Notes: generated by a model from the sequence alone, not told the origin. 64,000 bases of DNA from Ptychomitrium polyphyllum (GCA_973851085.1 OZ316775.1:11098001-11162000); one strand, 5' to 3'; shown: positions 23,701 through 37,609, counted from the first letter of the stretch. Numbers and translations are program-made.

Positions 23701-24818
23701 TTACAGATTCGATTATAACATGTGATCACCTTCCATTTATCATATAGTTGTAGCTGTGCAAATAGCACTTTCAACTGAAGCATGCTGAGTGCAAATTCCT
23801 CAGGTTTAGTAGGGTTACTCGTTGATTTTAAGAGTTGTTTGGTGCTCCATAAGTAACAAAATGTGTTTTAGAAGATGAAAAACACGTATTCAAATCTTTC
23901 AACTTGGGTACAGGTGAAGAGAACTCTTAAGCAGTTCACACCATCGTATTGGGAAAAAGATGAATGGAATGCACTACAAGGCCCATTGCGGTTTCTTCAA
24001 GTACTAGGCCTAGGGGTGGTGATCGAGGTAGTGGAGGTTATGGGGTTTTTCCTTAAATACGTCCTATGGATAACACCAGCGAACCCTATCAACATCTATC
24101 GCCTTGCAATATGGTGGCTAATTGCAAACCCTGCAATTCGAGAATATAACGTTTTTCTACAAACAAGGTAAGTATGGTAGTGGCTTCATGAACCCCTATG
24201 CTTTGCTCTTCCTGAAGGATGTTCAAGTCCAGTCACAACTCTCTTGAGCTTTTGAAATATATGTTTTTGCACTAGCAGTTGCACTGATCTTTCTTTCTAC
24301 TTGATGAGATGCCTGAAAAATTTCATTCTTGTAAATTAAGCTGTTTAAATCCAAGTTTTGGTGATTGAAAAACTGGTTTTTGTTTAATATGTTCTTTCTG
24401 GCTTCTTGTAGGGGGCCTGTTAAGAAGCTCGGTGCATTCTGCTGGCTAGCCATATGTATAGCCATAATGGAGACTCTCATTTGTGTGAAATTTGGACAAG
24501 GTATGATACTACCAACATATACCAGCTGTTGCGGTTGTGCAAATTGTGGAACCCCTTCACTCAAAGACACTATTGGATAGAACGTTCCATGCCTTCACGT
24601 GTGAAGTGTCAAGGTTGCCACTACTGATTACGATATCATAAACTGTATTTTCAGGTCTCTTCAACAATCCTGTACCAAGAAAGGTAATCTGGTTCTGGTC
24701 GGTAATCACCGTTGGCCTTGTGTTGTTTCTGGGTGGCTGGACATATAAAAACTACAAGGATTCCAAAGAGACTATTGACAAGAAATTAATTAATACAAAA
24801 GCAAATAAGAGCATGTAG
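20752..24818 (+). CDS. PSS1: Base-exchange phosphatidylserine synthase (PSS1/PTDSS-like), about 12 exons
   Basis: Exons encode [110 protein letters not shown] and FFLKYVLWI; stop TAG at 24816-24818. Confidence 0.92.
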
Positions 24819-25390
24819 ACCTCTTAACGATGACATACGTTTTCGAGAGGAAAAAGTTTACAAACGAATGTATTATAGAAAATACAATGCATGCATGTCT
24901 GATAAAATGCAGAACAATAGCGATATCTCTGTGCCTATTTGGGAGACACTTATATTATAATGTACAGTTCGGTTGCGTTCTACAGCATCTAATGTTTGAT
25001 GTAATTTACTCTAGACCATAATTGTATTTATCATGGAATGTTCTGGAATCTTGCCGATACACAATTTTTCTCAAAGGACATCTTTGAACATATATACCAA
25101 GGTTCAATAGAACGGATTGAAAGTGACTGGCTACCCAAGTGCACAACCTCTCAAACACGAGTTTTATTACATGTTGACTATATTTGAATTGTATAGACAG
25201 AATAATAGATTATATTTAAATCGGATTGGGGTCATCTTCTCTTACTCTGCATTCGCTACTAGATTTTGTGCATCGCATCTCTGCATCTCTCCACCACAAT
25301 AATACAGAATAATTCTTGCTTCACTACCCCTACGTGTCCTCCATTCGCATTAATAGATTATGAGTATTCATGGCATTATCAGAGGTTATC

Positions 25391-26233
25391 TCAAGAGATA
25401 ATTTTCTTGTCCTCCAAGTGCAGCAAAGACAATATTCGTTGCCAAGTCTCGTTGATGCCACCACCACCAATATCCAAATCTAGCAACTTCCCTTGGGAGC
25501 GGTAAAACTCTTCAACAGGTTGACTTACTTCGTGATAAACACGCAGTCTAGCGTGTACAATTTTCTCAGTGGTATCATCGACTCGCGTTGTCATCTTTGA
25601 TGCACAAGATGTGGATGGTAGGAGGGCTGGTATACTGCCACAACCCTCATTTTCAATTGTAGCAACGTTGAAGGTACCCCGACATTCGCTGCACATCCTC
25701 CTTCCAAAAGACCTCGCCACCAATACATCCTCTCGTAATCTCAAATTCACTGCCAAATTGATACTGGCAATTTCGTCCATAATCCCCGCCTGGTTTAGAG
25801 TTCGAGGAAACCCGTCCAAAATGAAGCCTGATTCTCCTCTAGAAATGCCTTGGTCAAAACGCTTGATTAGAAAGTCGAATATGACATCGTCAGGAAGCAA
25901 TTGTCCTGAACTCATAACTTTTGTCAAGTGCCTGGCCATTGGAGAATTTTGCTTGGAGGTCTCGTTCCGGACCAAGTCACCCATGGCAATATGCGGCACT
26001 TGTAGGAACTTCGCTAGACGACTGGCGTAAGTCCCTTTGCCCACACCAGGGGGACCCAGAAGCAACCATTGCACACCACCATCCTGTAAAGGCATCGCCT
26101 TTGGAGCACGCCATGCTTCCTCCGTCAGTGCGTGTGCTGCATATCGCATGGACCGCACCCAGGAGTTCCTCACGCCCTGTGTCCCCATCTTCACCATCGC
26201 CAATCCCAGGCTGCTTCCTGGCCCTGCCGCCAT
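25391..26233 (-). CDS. Adenylate kinase (organellar ADK1/ADK6-like), intronless
   Basis: P-loop GPPGVGKGT, HIAMGDLVR, GFILDGFPRT, LID region RRMCSEC...RVDD and ARLRVY. First ATG at 26231-26233, followed by an N-terminal extension resembling a transit peptide. Confidence 0.88.
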   Translation of the reverse strand: MAAGPGSSLGLAMVKMGTQGVRNSWVRSMRYAAHALTEEAWRAPKAMPLQDGGVQWLLLGPPGVGKGTYASRLAKFLQVPHIAMGDLVRNETSKQNSPMARHLTKVMSSGQLLPDDVIFDFLIKRFDQGISRGESGFILDGFPRTLNQAGIMDEIASINLAVNLRLREDVLVARSFGRRMCSECRGTFNVATIENEGCGSIPALLPSTSCASKMTTRVDDTTEKIVHARLRVYHEVSQPVEEFYRSQGKLLDLDIGGGGINETWQRILSLLHLEDKKIIS

Positions 26234-27730
26234 CTCTTCTTCCTCCCTCACTTGAATGAAGTATAGCCAGATAAAAACTACAAAATTAGAATGGAATGCT
26301 AGACTGAATCACAACTTCATAGACTCATTTTAGTGCTGTAGCCATGAATAAGCACACGGAACAGACGCCTCTAGTGTTTATAATAGAGTACATCCACTTT
26401 TACTTTACGGAACTGTCAAAACGTAAGAGACGTCTTCTTGACATATACCCAAAACCGTCATTATTTTGGTAAACTGACAACATCCATGCCATTGCTACAC
26501 TTTACGAAGTGCAATGATGAGGGTTTCCGGTTCAGTAACGGTTTTAGGTTTGAATCTTGTAAACGAGAATTGCTAGTCACGCAACCCGGTCGTGTGGACT
26601 TCATCCATTCGCAGCTCATTTTACTGTTACCGACCTGACCGTTGATGATCTCATCCTTTATTACTCATCGAGTAACCGTTGGAGCCGCAGTCCGTTGGCG
26701 TGGAAGCGGTTGGTGACACTGTCTCTTCTCATTTCATGTGCTGCGTTGTTCTCCACTCACTAGTACCCATCTTGTATTCCACCGTTTCTCCATCCGATAT
26801 ATAAGCATATCATGCTCATTCAGTAAGGGAGTCACTATTATTCTCAAGCAGTCCCCAGTAGCTCCTTCGTCAAATAGCCACTGCACATGAGCAGGAATAC
26901 AGAGACTGAGGGGAGACTGTGAAATAGAGCGAGCTCTGTGTGGTGATCGGATTTTCGAAGTGGAAGCCATAGCTTAGTTGTTTGGTGAATTCGTGTCCAG
27001 TTGCTCTTTGGACATATATTGATCGGTAAGTTGCTTGCACTCCTCCTTGGCAACTGATGATTGATTTTTTGGTTCTGTTTTGATTGCTAGGGTTTGCACG
27101 GAATTCTGGTCGCTGTCATGGCTGGGTTTGTACTCGTCTCGTGAGTGACTATCGTGGGACGTTACCTAATGGTAGGTGGGATGTCTATCGGGTGCATTAG
27201 AGGTCCCTTCATGATTGAATGGCTAAGCTTCTGGCTTTGGTAGAACCTCGTCACTGTAGGAAGCGTAACTGGTTTATGTGTAGAGTAGTAACTGTTTTTC
27301 TATAATTTACGATGGGGCTTGGGAGCCAGGAAATCGTCTGTGTGCTCCTCGCGGGGGTTTCTGCACACTGCGATCACTTCCTAGTTGTAATCTTCCCTGT
27401 TTGCAGTCCGAGTTCAATGTTACTGTAAAACAGAAAGAAAGGTTTAGCTTGATATATTCGAATGCTTTATTGGAGACGGGTCTTTATATCTGCACAGACC
27501 TTGTGGTTTTGTGGGGTGATCTCAATATACCTACGCCAATCTTTGGAATACCACCATCTTTGTAATACAACCATGGAATAGAAAGATCACAGCTCCTTTC
27601 AGTATTTCGAATACACAACTTCATGACGTATGACCACAGCTTTGGTAAGACTCTTTCTTTTGAGAAGGATGGCCTTCATGTCTTTGTATTCACTTGGTTA
27701 TGTGGCACTTGGTGTTTCAGCAGGATTGAG

Positions 27731-28603
27731 ATGGGGTTATTGGATTATTTCAAGCGGGCCTTCGCCATGAGGCATCAGAATGGAGACAAGATTCACCCAG
27801 CCACTGCTGACAATTCGCCATCGCCCTCCCTTCGAGTTTCCTCTGCGGCAGTGGGCACTCCATTCAAACCTCCACCAGGAAAGAAGAAAGAAGAAACAGG
27901 TCCCATGGGATGGCATAAAGCAGGAGGCTTCCCCAATCCTCCTTTACCTCCCCCCGCCACCTACGGCAGACCACGGCGCAAATCCTCCTCTTGCCCGCTC
28001 TGCTACTGCCTATCTTTCCTCTTCTCCTTCCTCGTCATCCTCATCATCCTCGCTGGTCTCACCCTGTTCATAATCTATGTAGTATTCCAGCCTAAGCTCC
28101 CGAAGGCCTCCATACAGAACGTTGCAATCACGAAGTTTAGCGTGACCAACAGAGCCGGTGGACCCATTGCAACCCTAACTGACTTGCAGAATCCCGTTCT
28201 GAATGCCAACATTGCGCTCACAATCCAAGTGGAGAACCCTAATGAGAAGCTGGGAATTCACTTCAGAGATGTTAGCGTCTTGGTCTCCTACAATGGAACG
28301 GAATTCGCGCACAGCTTTGTAGCACCATTTTACCAATGGAAGAAGACCACTTCTGAAGTGGTCGCTGACTTAAAAGCTTCGAGTGCCCCTCTGTCTGAGA
28401 GCCAAGGCAAGGAACTACAGTCAGCAATTCGCCGAAACGACATACCTCTCTTTGCGCGGATTAATGTTGGTGCAGCGTTGGAGATTGGGTCGTGGGTTAT
28501 ACCACCGGGCCATATCCAAGTAGCGTGCGATCTGCGGGCTAGTCCCCCAACGGCTCCTCAAGGTGCCAAACTCCTGTCGAAATCCTGTAAATGGTTGCGG
28601 TGA
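27731..28603 (+). CDS. NDR1/HIN1-like (LEA_2 domain) membrane protein
   Basis: Pro-rich N-terminus, then RRKSSSCPLCYC and a single TM helix, then FQPKLP, VENPNEKLGIHF, YNG, PFYQ and C-terminal Cys residues. The ATG at 27731 follows a probable 5'UTR acceptor near 27720. Confidence 0.85.
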   Translation: MGLLDYFKRAFAMRHQNGDKIHPATADNSPSPSLRVSSAAVGTPFKPPPGKKKEETGPMGWHKAGGFPNPPLPPPATYGRPRRKSSSCPLCYCLSFLFSFLVILIILAGLTLFIIYVVFQPKLPKASIQNVAITKFSVTNRAGGPIATLTDLQNPVLNANIALTIQVENPNEKLGIHFRDVSVLVSYNGTEFAHSFVAPFYQWKKTTSEVVADLKASSAPLSESQGKELQSAIRRNDIPLFARINVGAALEIGSWVIPPGHIQVACDLRASPPTAPQGAKLLSKSCKWLR

Positions 28604-28916
28604 TGAATGTGGAGGATGTGACGGGCTTCACATGATGATCAAATGGCTAATGACATCTTCAGTGCGACACTGCCACTGACGGTAATGGTGAAGTGGAGTG
28701 CCGACGTGGAGCAAGCAGCTTCAGAATCCATGCAGAATTGCTCATGATGTCAAGCTTCGTTATAAATGACGAGATGAGGACCTCTTTTTTCTACGTCAGA
28801 CCTCCGCGGAAGGTGACAAAGCCTCTTCGCAGTGGTCACCTTCTCATTTTTGATCTGGACAAGCTTTACTCAAATTTTTCTGGCATTCGAGATTCCTCAT
28901 GCTACGAAAAGCTTCA

Positions 28917-28960
28917 TAGGGTTCTGACATGGTCCAGTTAGGGTTCTGACATGGTCCAGT
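28917..28960. repeat. Perfect 22-bp tandem duplication in the NHL 3' region
   Basis: TAGGGTTCTGACATGGTCCAGT occurs twice in tandem. Confidence 0.85.
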
Positions 28961-31900
28961 GTGGAACTGATGATGGACCTCATGCGACATGTCTTATGAA
29001 CCTTGAGGCTTGTGTTTTGTCACTCCAATGTAGAGCCTGTGGAGCATCTTATTTTTCCTATGAGCAACTCACTTGTCACTCACTACAACTGCGTGAGAGT
29101 ATTGAAAGGCTGGCTGCTCATGTTTTGTGCTCAACGGCTAGCGGAGGACCTGCCCTTCGTGGGCACTTCCGTGCATTCATGCAGCGTTATTTTCTGTAAG
29201 CATCTAGAGAAAGCTCCAATACATGTAAATCTTGTACACATAGCGGTGTCTCAATCTTGCATTGCATCATCTGCGTGTTTTTTTACTGTGTAATAAACTT
29301 ACTCGTCCTGAAGTTGAATGCTTCAAGTGGTGGTTTTCACTTACTTGTGCTGATAAAATTGTACCTTTTAGTCATAATCCATGTTTCACATATCCTTCGA
29401 AATTGTACCACCTCCTTGTGTTGTGGTCGAAAATGCACATTGATGATCATATTAGCTACCTTTTCACAGGACTTCTGAAAGGCAACAAAACTTCAGTATA
29501 AAGCAATTCTAATCATACCGTTACCAACACTTTGCACATTTCTCCCCAAATGTTAGATCTCTTCCAAAACCATAACTCAACTTCTTAAGAGTACCATCTT
29601 AATAAGGATTTTGTTCGAAATTTGATTAAGGTTTTATTTCCATAATTCCTTTAAATTTCAAGAAAACTTAATGATGAGAAATGTTTTTATAAAACTTTTG
29701 TAGAGATGGTTATGTTTCATTTGTTGTTTATTGTGCTGCAAAGTAGATGAAAAATGTTGTATGTCACTAATGAAGATATTCTTATTGTAAAGTTTAGTAA
29801 GGTAGTTTCTTAAATTGGAACACAAAAAAAGATTTGATGGTTTTCTTGCTTTTGGATGGAAATGCATTGTTACAACATCCTCTTTTGAAAGTTTGACACT
29901 TTACTTTTTTTTACTTTTTCACTCTATTTGTATAAAACAAACCTTAACTTTTTACTAAAATTGAATGTTGATGCATATTATGAAAATAGAAAGTGCTTGT
30001 GGTATAAAATCCTTGATTTTCTAAATTATTAAAATAATTTTGGTCAATCAACTTTTAGAAATTTTTAGAAATTAAATTATGGATTTTTTATTTGTCTTTA
30101 TTACCAATTCTACATTCATTTAAATAGAATGAATTATTGAAAAAAGAATTTAATCATTGAAACTTGTTTAAAATGATATTTTGCAAAAATTCATTTTAGC
30201 AAGGAGTGAAAAATCATTTGAAAGCTAATGTTATTTTGTGATGATCATAATAATGAACATGGAGCCATCATGGAATTATATTACTTTGTTTTTTTAATTC
30301 TTCTTTTTTACTATACTTAAGAAGCATTGAATTGCCAATCAAGTACATTTTAATATTTTTATACTTAATTTTTTTATTTAAACAATAGTATGCTGTGAAC
30401 CATTGATAGATGCTTTGCAGAAGAAATTTGTAAAAAATTCTAGTGGTTTTGTTGTTTTTTTTTAAATTGTAAAACTTCTCTAATATTTTTAAATTGTATT
30501 ATATCCACATCAAATTATTATATTTTATGGAGTAAAATAACCAATATACACATTATTTTATAACAAATTATAGGAATTTGTAGTTTAGAATTAAAATAAC
30601 TTCTTAAGCATGAATTCACGATTGATTATTTCAATACAAGAGATTAAAATACATTAGCTTTAGCACTTATCTAGTATTAAATCGTTAATCCAAAAATATA
30701 TTCCTTAAGACTAAATTAGACAAATATTGTAATTTCTCTAATCATTTAAAAAAAAGTTAAATATAAATTTTAAAATAAAGTTCAAAATTACAGACACAAG
30801 TATAATTAAAGATGATCAAAAATGACTTCTTGATTGGAATTCAATTTTAATCTTTGAAACTCAGAATATTAAAACAAGAATGGATTTAAATACTTCTTTC
30901 ATGTGCTTTTAATTATTTTTTTCATCCACCAAAGGTTTTAGAGTTTTGATATCAGATTACAATTTTTGTGGTACAAATCTATAATTTATAATCTTTAAAT
31001 AGATTATATTTGGAACTCAATCCATAAGTACTATTGAAATTAAATAGCAAATGAATGAGAAATGATTCATTGAAATAAGCACCTTTAAGGATTTAAAACA
31101 CTTACGTTCTTAATGAGTGCTATAATTGCATATGAAAATAATATTAATAAATTATATGTACTTAGTTACTTTGGATAGTTTTTATAAATAAATAATGGTA
31201 TTATATTTGTTTGCAAAAGATAAGAATCTTCTTTTAAATATTTGTATCTCAAAATTGTTCAAAAATAAATGATGAAGACATTTCTACTTGTTAACACCAA
31301 AATCCTCATATATAATAATTCATAAATAAGTTATAAGGTTAATCCTTTACATCCTTAAATTTTTGAATTTTTAAATTTTTTTTGTGTGGAAAAATATTAA
31401 AATGACACCTATACTATACAAAGGATGCTTTTTAATTTATAATTGATTTTCTTTAAATGTTATCATTTTAAACGTTATAATGCCTTAATTGTTATTTTTT
31501 TGGCGCTTTTGAGAAAAATTCGCTTGCAAATGTTTTATGTTGAATATTACATAATTTAAGAGAATCTACGCTTTTTCTTTTGTAAATCAATTTTTGATAA
31601 TTATTTGATTATTTATTTATGCTAATATATGGTATTTCAATTAATATGTATTATGTTCAAATAATCATTTGTATGTATAATTACATCAAAATGAGTAAAT
31701 TTAAAATTAGGATTTAAGATTCTCTATGTAATCTCTTTGTATTACTATAAATTATTCTAAATTATTATCACTTGTCCTTTTTTTGTTTAAATGGTACAAA
31801 TGAACAATGCAACTCAAAATAAGGAAAATAAAGTGGCATAATTGATGCAACCACCTCCACAAGTTGAAGTTTAATTTGTAATTAAAAGATTTTTATTCCT

Positions 31901-33118
31901 TCACATTTATCTTAAACAACGTTTTATGATAATTGATCATCTTAGTTCCAAGCTAAGATTTATTGAAAAGATTTAACAAAACTTCAAATTTAGTGCATTC
32001 ATCAAAACACTATTGATAAGTATTTTTCATTAGTATACTCATTAATTTATTATTTTTTAAACAATCATGTTATTCCATATGTACATCTTATTATTAATAA
32101 TTGTTGTTTTTGCAACTTTTATCCTTGATTCATGTTATCTACATAAATGTAATCTTTAAAAAGTAATTATCTTTATTTGCTATATATTACACCTTTTTAA
32201 ACAATATTTTTCTCTACTCCAAAAACTTAACATTTAAAAAAAGTCGACTATAATTTAAAGAAGGTTGGTTATAATTTAAAGAAGGTCAACTATAATTTAC
32301 AATCAAATCTTTCAAAATCTACCAAGAATTCAATTCATGCATAGTTCAAAACCATCAAAAATCCATCAGAACCCCTGATTTAACAAGATTGTTATTAAAA
32401 TAAATGGGTCCTCAAATTCACTTCACTAACACACCATCACCAAAATGGTCTCCTCCACAAGCCTCCAAATCAGCACCCACAGTGAATTCCTCCCAAATGA
32501 TTCCACGTCATTCCAGCGGTGAAACCATATCGCTTCCGCGGACGGTGGGGATTCACGGTCATAGGAATTCACCTCTTGACAGGGCAAACCTCCAAAACCA
32601 AACAAGATAAATCAAACAAACAAACAAACAAACCCCGAGAACCTTCGCTCCACGTTCCCTACGCTTCGCGTCAACGCACAGCTGCTGCACCATTCCACCT
32701 GATTGGCCGAATCTCAACGTATGAAAAAATAACAAAGACCCCGGCACCTTCCTCCCACCTTCCTCAGTACGATACTCCATGCACGGTAATAGAACCGCGT
32801 CGCCGATTGGCCAAAGCGCAAAATAGGGGCAGAAAACAAAGGAAAAAAAGGTGAAGAAAAAGGAAAGGAAGGGAAGATTCGGCGCCGGGTGGCAGTACGG
32901 GGCGAGACGGTTTGCGAAGGTGCTGGAGCTACATCGCAGATGCATTTTCTCCCAACTAACTCCAGATCCGATTCTCGTCTGCACTCTTGTTTTTCCCTTG
33001 AGATTCCGCTTCTGCGCTGCTGTAGCCTTTTCAGCATCTCTGTGGGCTTCTCTGCTGTTTTTGTGAGAGTCTACCTTTCAACAGAAGCTTCTGCTTCGTG
33101 GCCTCTGTGAGGGCTCTC

Positions 33119-33180
33119 AGAGAGAGAGAGCGAGTGAGAGAGAGAGGTGGGGAGAGAGGGAGGGAGAGGGAGTTGGGGAG
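33119..33180 (+). repeat. GA-rich polypurine tract immediately upstream of the SDC start codon
   Basis: AGAGAGAGAGAGCGAGTGAGAGAGAGAGGTGGGGAGAGAGGGAGGGAGAGGGAGTTGGGGAG. Confidence 0.7.
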
Positions 33181-36100
33181 ATGGGAGGGAGTGTGGAAGC
33201 TGTGACGGTGGGAGCGGAGAATGGCTTTTCGAAGAAGCGGGCATTGGCGTCTGTGGCGGTGGAGGAGCTTCCGGAGGAGTTCCCACTTGACAGCTTGAAG
33301 ACTGTGCTGCCGCCGCTTGTGGGTGGGCAGGATGGGGAGGCTGCGGAGAATGTGGTGGTGGAGCAGACCAGAGACTTCGTCTTGGGCAAGAATGTGCGCG
33401 GGACGTGTTTGGAGATCACGGAGCCGGGGGTGGACGATGAGGTCACCGGGGATCGTGATGCGTACATGGCTGGGATTCTGGCGAGGTACCGGAAGACGCT
33501 TGTGGAGAAGACCAAGTATCATTTAGGTGAGCTCAGTTTGTGATTATTGCTAGTTTCTCCCGTTTTCCTATGTTTTGGTGCTAGCTGCGATTGTTTGGTA
33601 ACCCTAATGAGTGAGAAGACATTTTGTTGACGTTGTTGCAATTTGCTTCCTGGGTCTATGGGTTTTTGAAGATGTTGGTGACTGATTGGTGTTGGCTTTA
33701 TGTTTTAGTTGCTTTCCTGTGAAAGTGCTCCGAGAGATTTGCTGCAGGTTTTTCCCTGTTGTCGAATCTAGTGGTGTCGTGATGCCCTTGAACCGGTTTT
33801 TTGGAGCACGCCTTGTGGCAAGTGGTCCTCTTTCTTGTAGCCCATGGATTGTGATTGAGTCCTACATTGTCGTTCCTCGTGGCTCAAAAAATTTCGAACG
33901 ATCTGGTTCTGCAGCTCGTCATTAGAGGTTCGCTTTTGTTGTTGGGGATTATTATGTCTAGCTATGAAGTTGGGTTGTCTTGTTGTATAATGTTGCATAC
34001 TTGCCATGTTCTGCTTTTTATAGTCACTCCGAACTTTTGATTAATTCTTCTTTTGGTCGACAGGGTATCCGTACAACCTCGACTTCGATTATGGAGCATT
34101 GTCTCAGCTGCAACACTTTTCCATTAACAACTTAGGTGATCCATTTATCGAGAGCAACTACGGCGTCCATTCAAGGCAATTTGAGGTTGGCGTGTTGGAC
34201 TGGTTTGCGAGGTTGTGGGAGCTGGAGAAAGAAGAGTACTGGGGATACATTACCAATTGTGGGACAGAAGGCAACCTTCACGGCATCCTTGTAGGGTGAG
34301 TATTTAAGACTTGTATTTTACTGCAGAGCTCTTCACCGTCAACGCAATCATTTTCTTCCCCCTCACATGCTTATTCTAATTTTACATTAATGGCTCTAGT
34401 TACTATCGCAAGTTGCACTAGTGAATGTATAGTTAATAGTGTACGTTGTGTTTTGACCTGGCACTGCTTGTACTTGCAGGAGAGAAGTTTTCCCAGATGG
34501 GATCCTATACTCGTCAAAAGATTCGCATTATTCTGTATTTAAAGCTGCTCGCATGTATCGCATGGAAGCAGTGAAGATTGACACACTTCTATCTGGGGAG
34601 ATAGACTGTGCTGATTTTGAGCGTAAATTGTCGGCACGGAAGGACAAACCTGCTATTATAAATGTCAATATTGGTATATTTCGTGTTGTTTTCTGTGTAT
34701 ATTTTTCATTTAAAAAAGAAAAAAACTACTCATTTTTTGCGTTTGAGTGCGCGGTTTGTAGATGAGTTTTTTTGTATTCTCGCTTGGCACCTAATGATTA
34801 ATATATTAACTCGGTCAGCGCTCCATTACTTCGCTGAGATCGAGGTGAATTTGTTTAACTGTTTTCTGGCCGCATCGTTTTTGCAGGCACGACAGTGAAG
34901 GGGGCTGTGGATGACCTTGATTTAGTGTTGAAGACTTTAGAAAATGTTGGCTACACTGAGGATCGTTTTTACATCCATGTTGATGGAGCATTGTTTGGTC
35001 TGATGATGCCTTTTGTGAAAAGGGTAAGTATTATTTCTAACCGTTGCAATTGTATGATTCTATGCTCAAGGAAAGAGTTGACTGCTTTTCTGTTCCAACT
35101 TAAGTTAAAGGTAGAAGCATCTATTTCTGATTGCGTGCCCACTACAGACCAAAGTATTGGCAGGTACACTGCATCGGAAATAGATGATGTTACCTCATTG
35201 TATCAACTCGGGAACGAAGCATATTTGAGTGATGTTGATTACAAAAGTGAACCTTTTAGATGTTATTGCAGCTTCTTTGTCACTACTGCTGGTGTTCAAT
35301 TGAAATGGATATACCTTTCATAATGTATTTTTATTGGAATGTTTGTGCAGGCTCCCAAAGTCACGTTTAAGAAACCCATTGGTAGTGTGAGTGTCTCAGG
35401 GCACAAATTCGTCGGTTGCCCTATGCCTTGTGGAGTCCAAATTACTAGGATGAGGCATATTAACTGTTTGTCGCAGAATGTGGAATATTTGGCGTCCCGA
35501 GATGCAACCATCATGGGAAGTCGCAATGGTCATGCCCCGCTTTTTCTTTGGTATACTCTCAACAGAAAGGGATACCGGGGTTTTCAGAAAGAGGTTCAGC
35601 GATGTCTCCGTAATGCACACTATCTCAAAGAACGCTTGCAAGAAGCCAATATTGGTGTGCTATTGAATGAACTCAGTAGCACAGTTGTCTTTGAGAGGCC
35701 GTTGGATGAAGCATTTATTTTGAAATGGCAGTTGGCGTGCCAGGTTTGTGCTCTTTTCCATTCTGCAGATTGATTTTGTAAGTCATAGGTGTAAACATAT
35801 CAAAGCTTATAGCGAATGTCACTGCATTCTGAACCTTTCAGAACAAAACTGCTCGTTTCATATCTCATGATGTCAGTTACAGGTTTTGATGATTGTATGG
35901 TTCCTTATTATATTTATCTGAACTTTGGTCCCCCGTTTTGGTAATAATTTAATTGGTAACATATGTTTTATTTTTTTCCAGGGAAAAATTGCACACGCAA
36001 TTGTTATGCCAAGCGTGACTGTGGAAAAACTAGATAATTTCGTGGAAGAACTAATTGCGGTTCGGAAGCGTGCGTTTTCAGATGGAAATGTGGTTGTCCC

Positions 36101-36182
36101 ATGTATCGTGGAGGAAGTTGGTCCTGAGAATTGTGCTTGTTCTGTCCATCGGGATACTGTCAGCTCTGCAAAGTGCAAATGA
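33181..36182 (+). CDS. SDC: Serine decarboxylase (group II PLP-dependent decarboxylase), 6 exons
   Basis: Exons encode [70 protein letters not shown], the PLP-lysine motif [14 protein letters not shown] and [11 protein letters not shown]. Introns are GT-AG (first donor at 33527); stop TGA at 36180-36182. Confidence 0.93.
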
Positions 36183-37609
36183 TACAATCAACCCGGCTGC
36201 AATTGGTATATCAAAGCGATTCTTTTTATTGGAAAACATGCTGGCATGAGGACCGTATGTTCAATAGATGATCTAGGTTTCCCTGTCAATCTTTCCTAGA
36301 TATCGATCATTTCTCTTTAACAATGATGCATTCTGCCAGAGCATATCTTAAAGTAGAAATGAGGACGGAACTCATAAACTAGGACCGTTACAGCTGTACG
36401 CATACAGTATGTGGATTTTTGTAGCTGGATCTACTACTGGCGGTGCACTGACGAGTTGATTGAGGAGGTGTTCTTGGCTATTCAGACGTTGGAACACGTG
36501 TATTTTAGTGCTTTGTCACAGTTGAGTTACCTCACTGTTTTTTACAGAGTTTCGGTAATGGTCAGAACTTGACTCATTGTTTCTGGTTGATTTTCTGCAA
36601 TCATCTCTTGTGAAAAATTGCAATTTGTAAGCAATGGCAGTACCACACACCACCGTAAATTCTAAACTACCAAATACTGATTGGAATTTCACAATTGGAA
36701 TTGGAGTCAGACATATTTCACATTGGACAAATCTATTGATTTCATAAAAGTTCTGGGAACCTCTTACAAGCGTGGGCCCTTGACCAAGGAAGCATACATT
36801 ATTTATAAACAAAGTGAAAAGCACATACAATGCAGCATTCTTCAACCTCCACTTTTGAATGTGGAAATCTAATAACAAATGATGGTCTGTGGTAATGAAT
36901 GCTTGAAGGTATAAAATTAGGTTCCCTATGCGGTGCATGATAATCTTCAGTTGACTATGTTTTCAATGGAAAAATAATTGTATTCAAAACAAGTAACACT
37001 AATTACATAATATGATATTTTAAAAACATTTCCATTGTAAATGCATGGGAATAATATTTGAAAATGCAAACACTTCAAGTACATTTTAAAATGACATAAA
37101 ATAGGTATAAAAGTTATTAGATTTTGACATCATATGACAAAACTACATCCCTTGCAAGCATATTGGAATTTTAGAAGTTGAATGGAATTCATTCAAAAAA
37201 TGTATGTGACTAATTTGAAGGATGAATTCTACTCAACTTCAAAATTTTGATAAACTTTTTCAAATTCCATACATTAGTATATATTTGCAACACATGTAAT
37301 TTTTTCATTTGATGTTTAAATGCAAAATCTTTATGTATCTATTTTATGTCATTTCGAATACCAATTTAATATAAATAATTTATTCTTTTCTTTTATTTTG
37401 GTACATATAATGGAAATAATACTAGCCAATAAATTTAGGACCTTTATACTTGTAAATATTCCTAGTGAATACTTTGCATAATAACATTGATTACACAAAT
37501 GTTTCTTAAAAATAAATTAAATTTCTTGTAATAATTTTTTTAATGATTAAAGAACATACACGTATTATTTTTAACAATGTATTATTTATCTATATGGTTT
37601 GGATATAAA

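Noticed and set aside
32244..32300. About 2.7 copies of a 21-bp repeat (TATAATTTAAAGAAGG core)
   Set aside because: Ordinary local slippage duplication without spacers.
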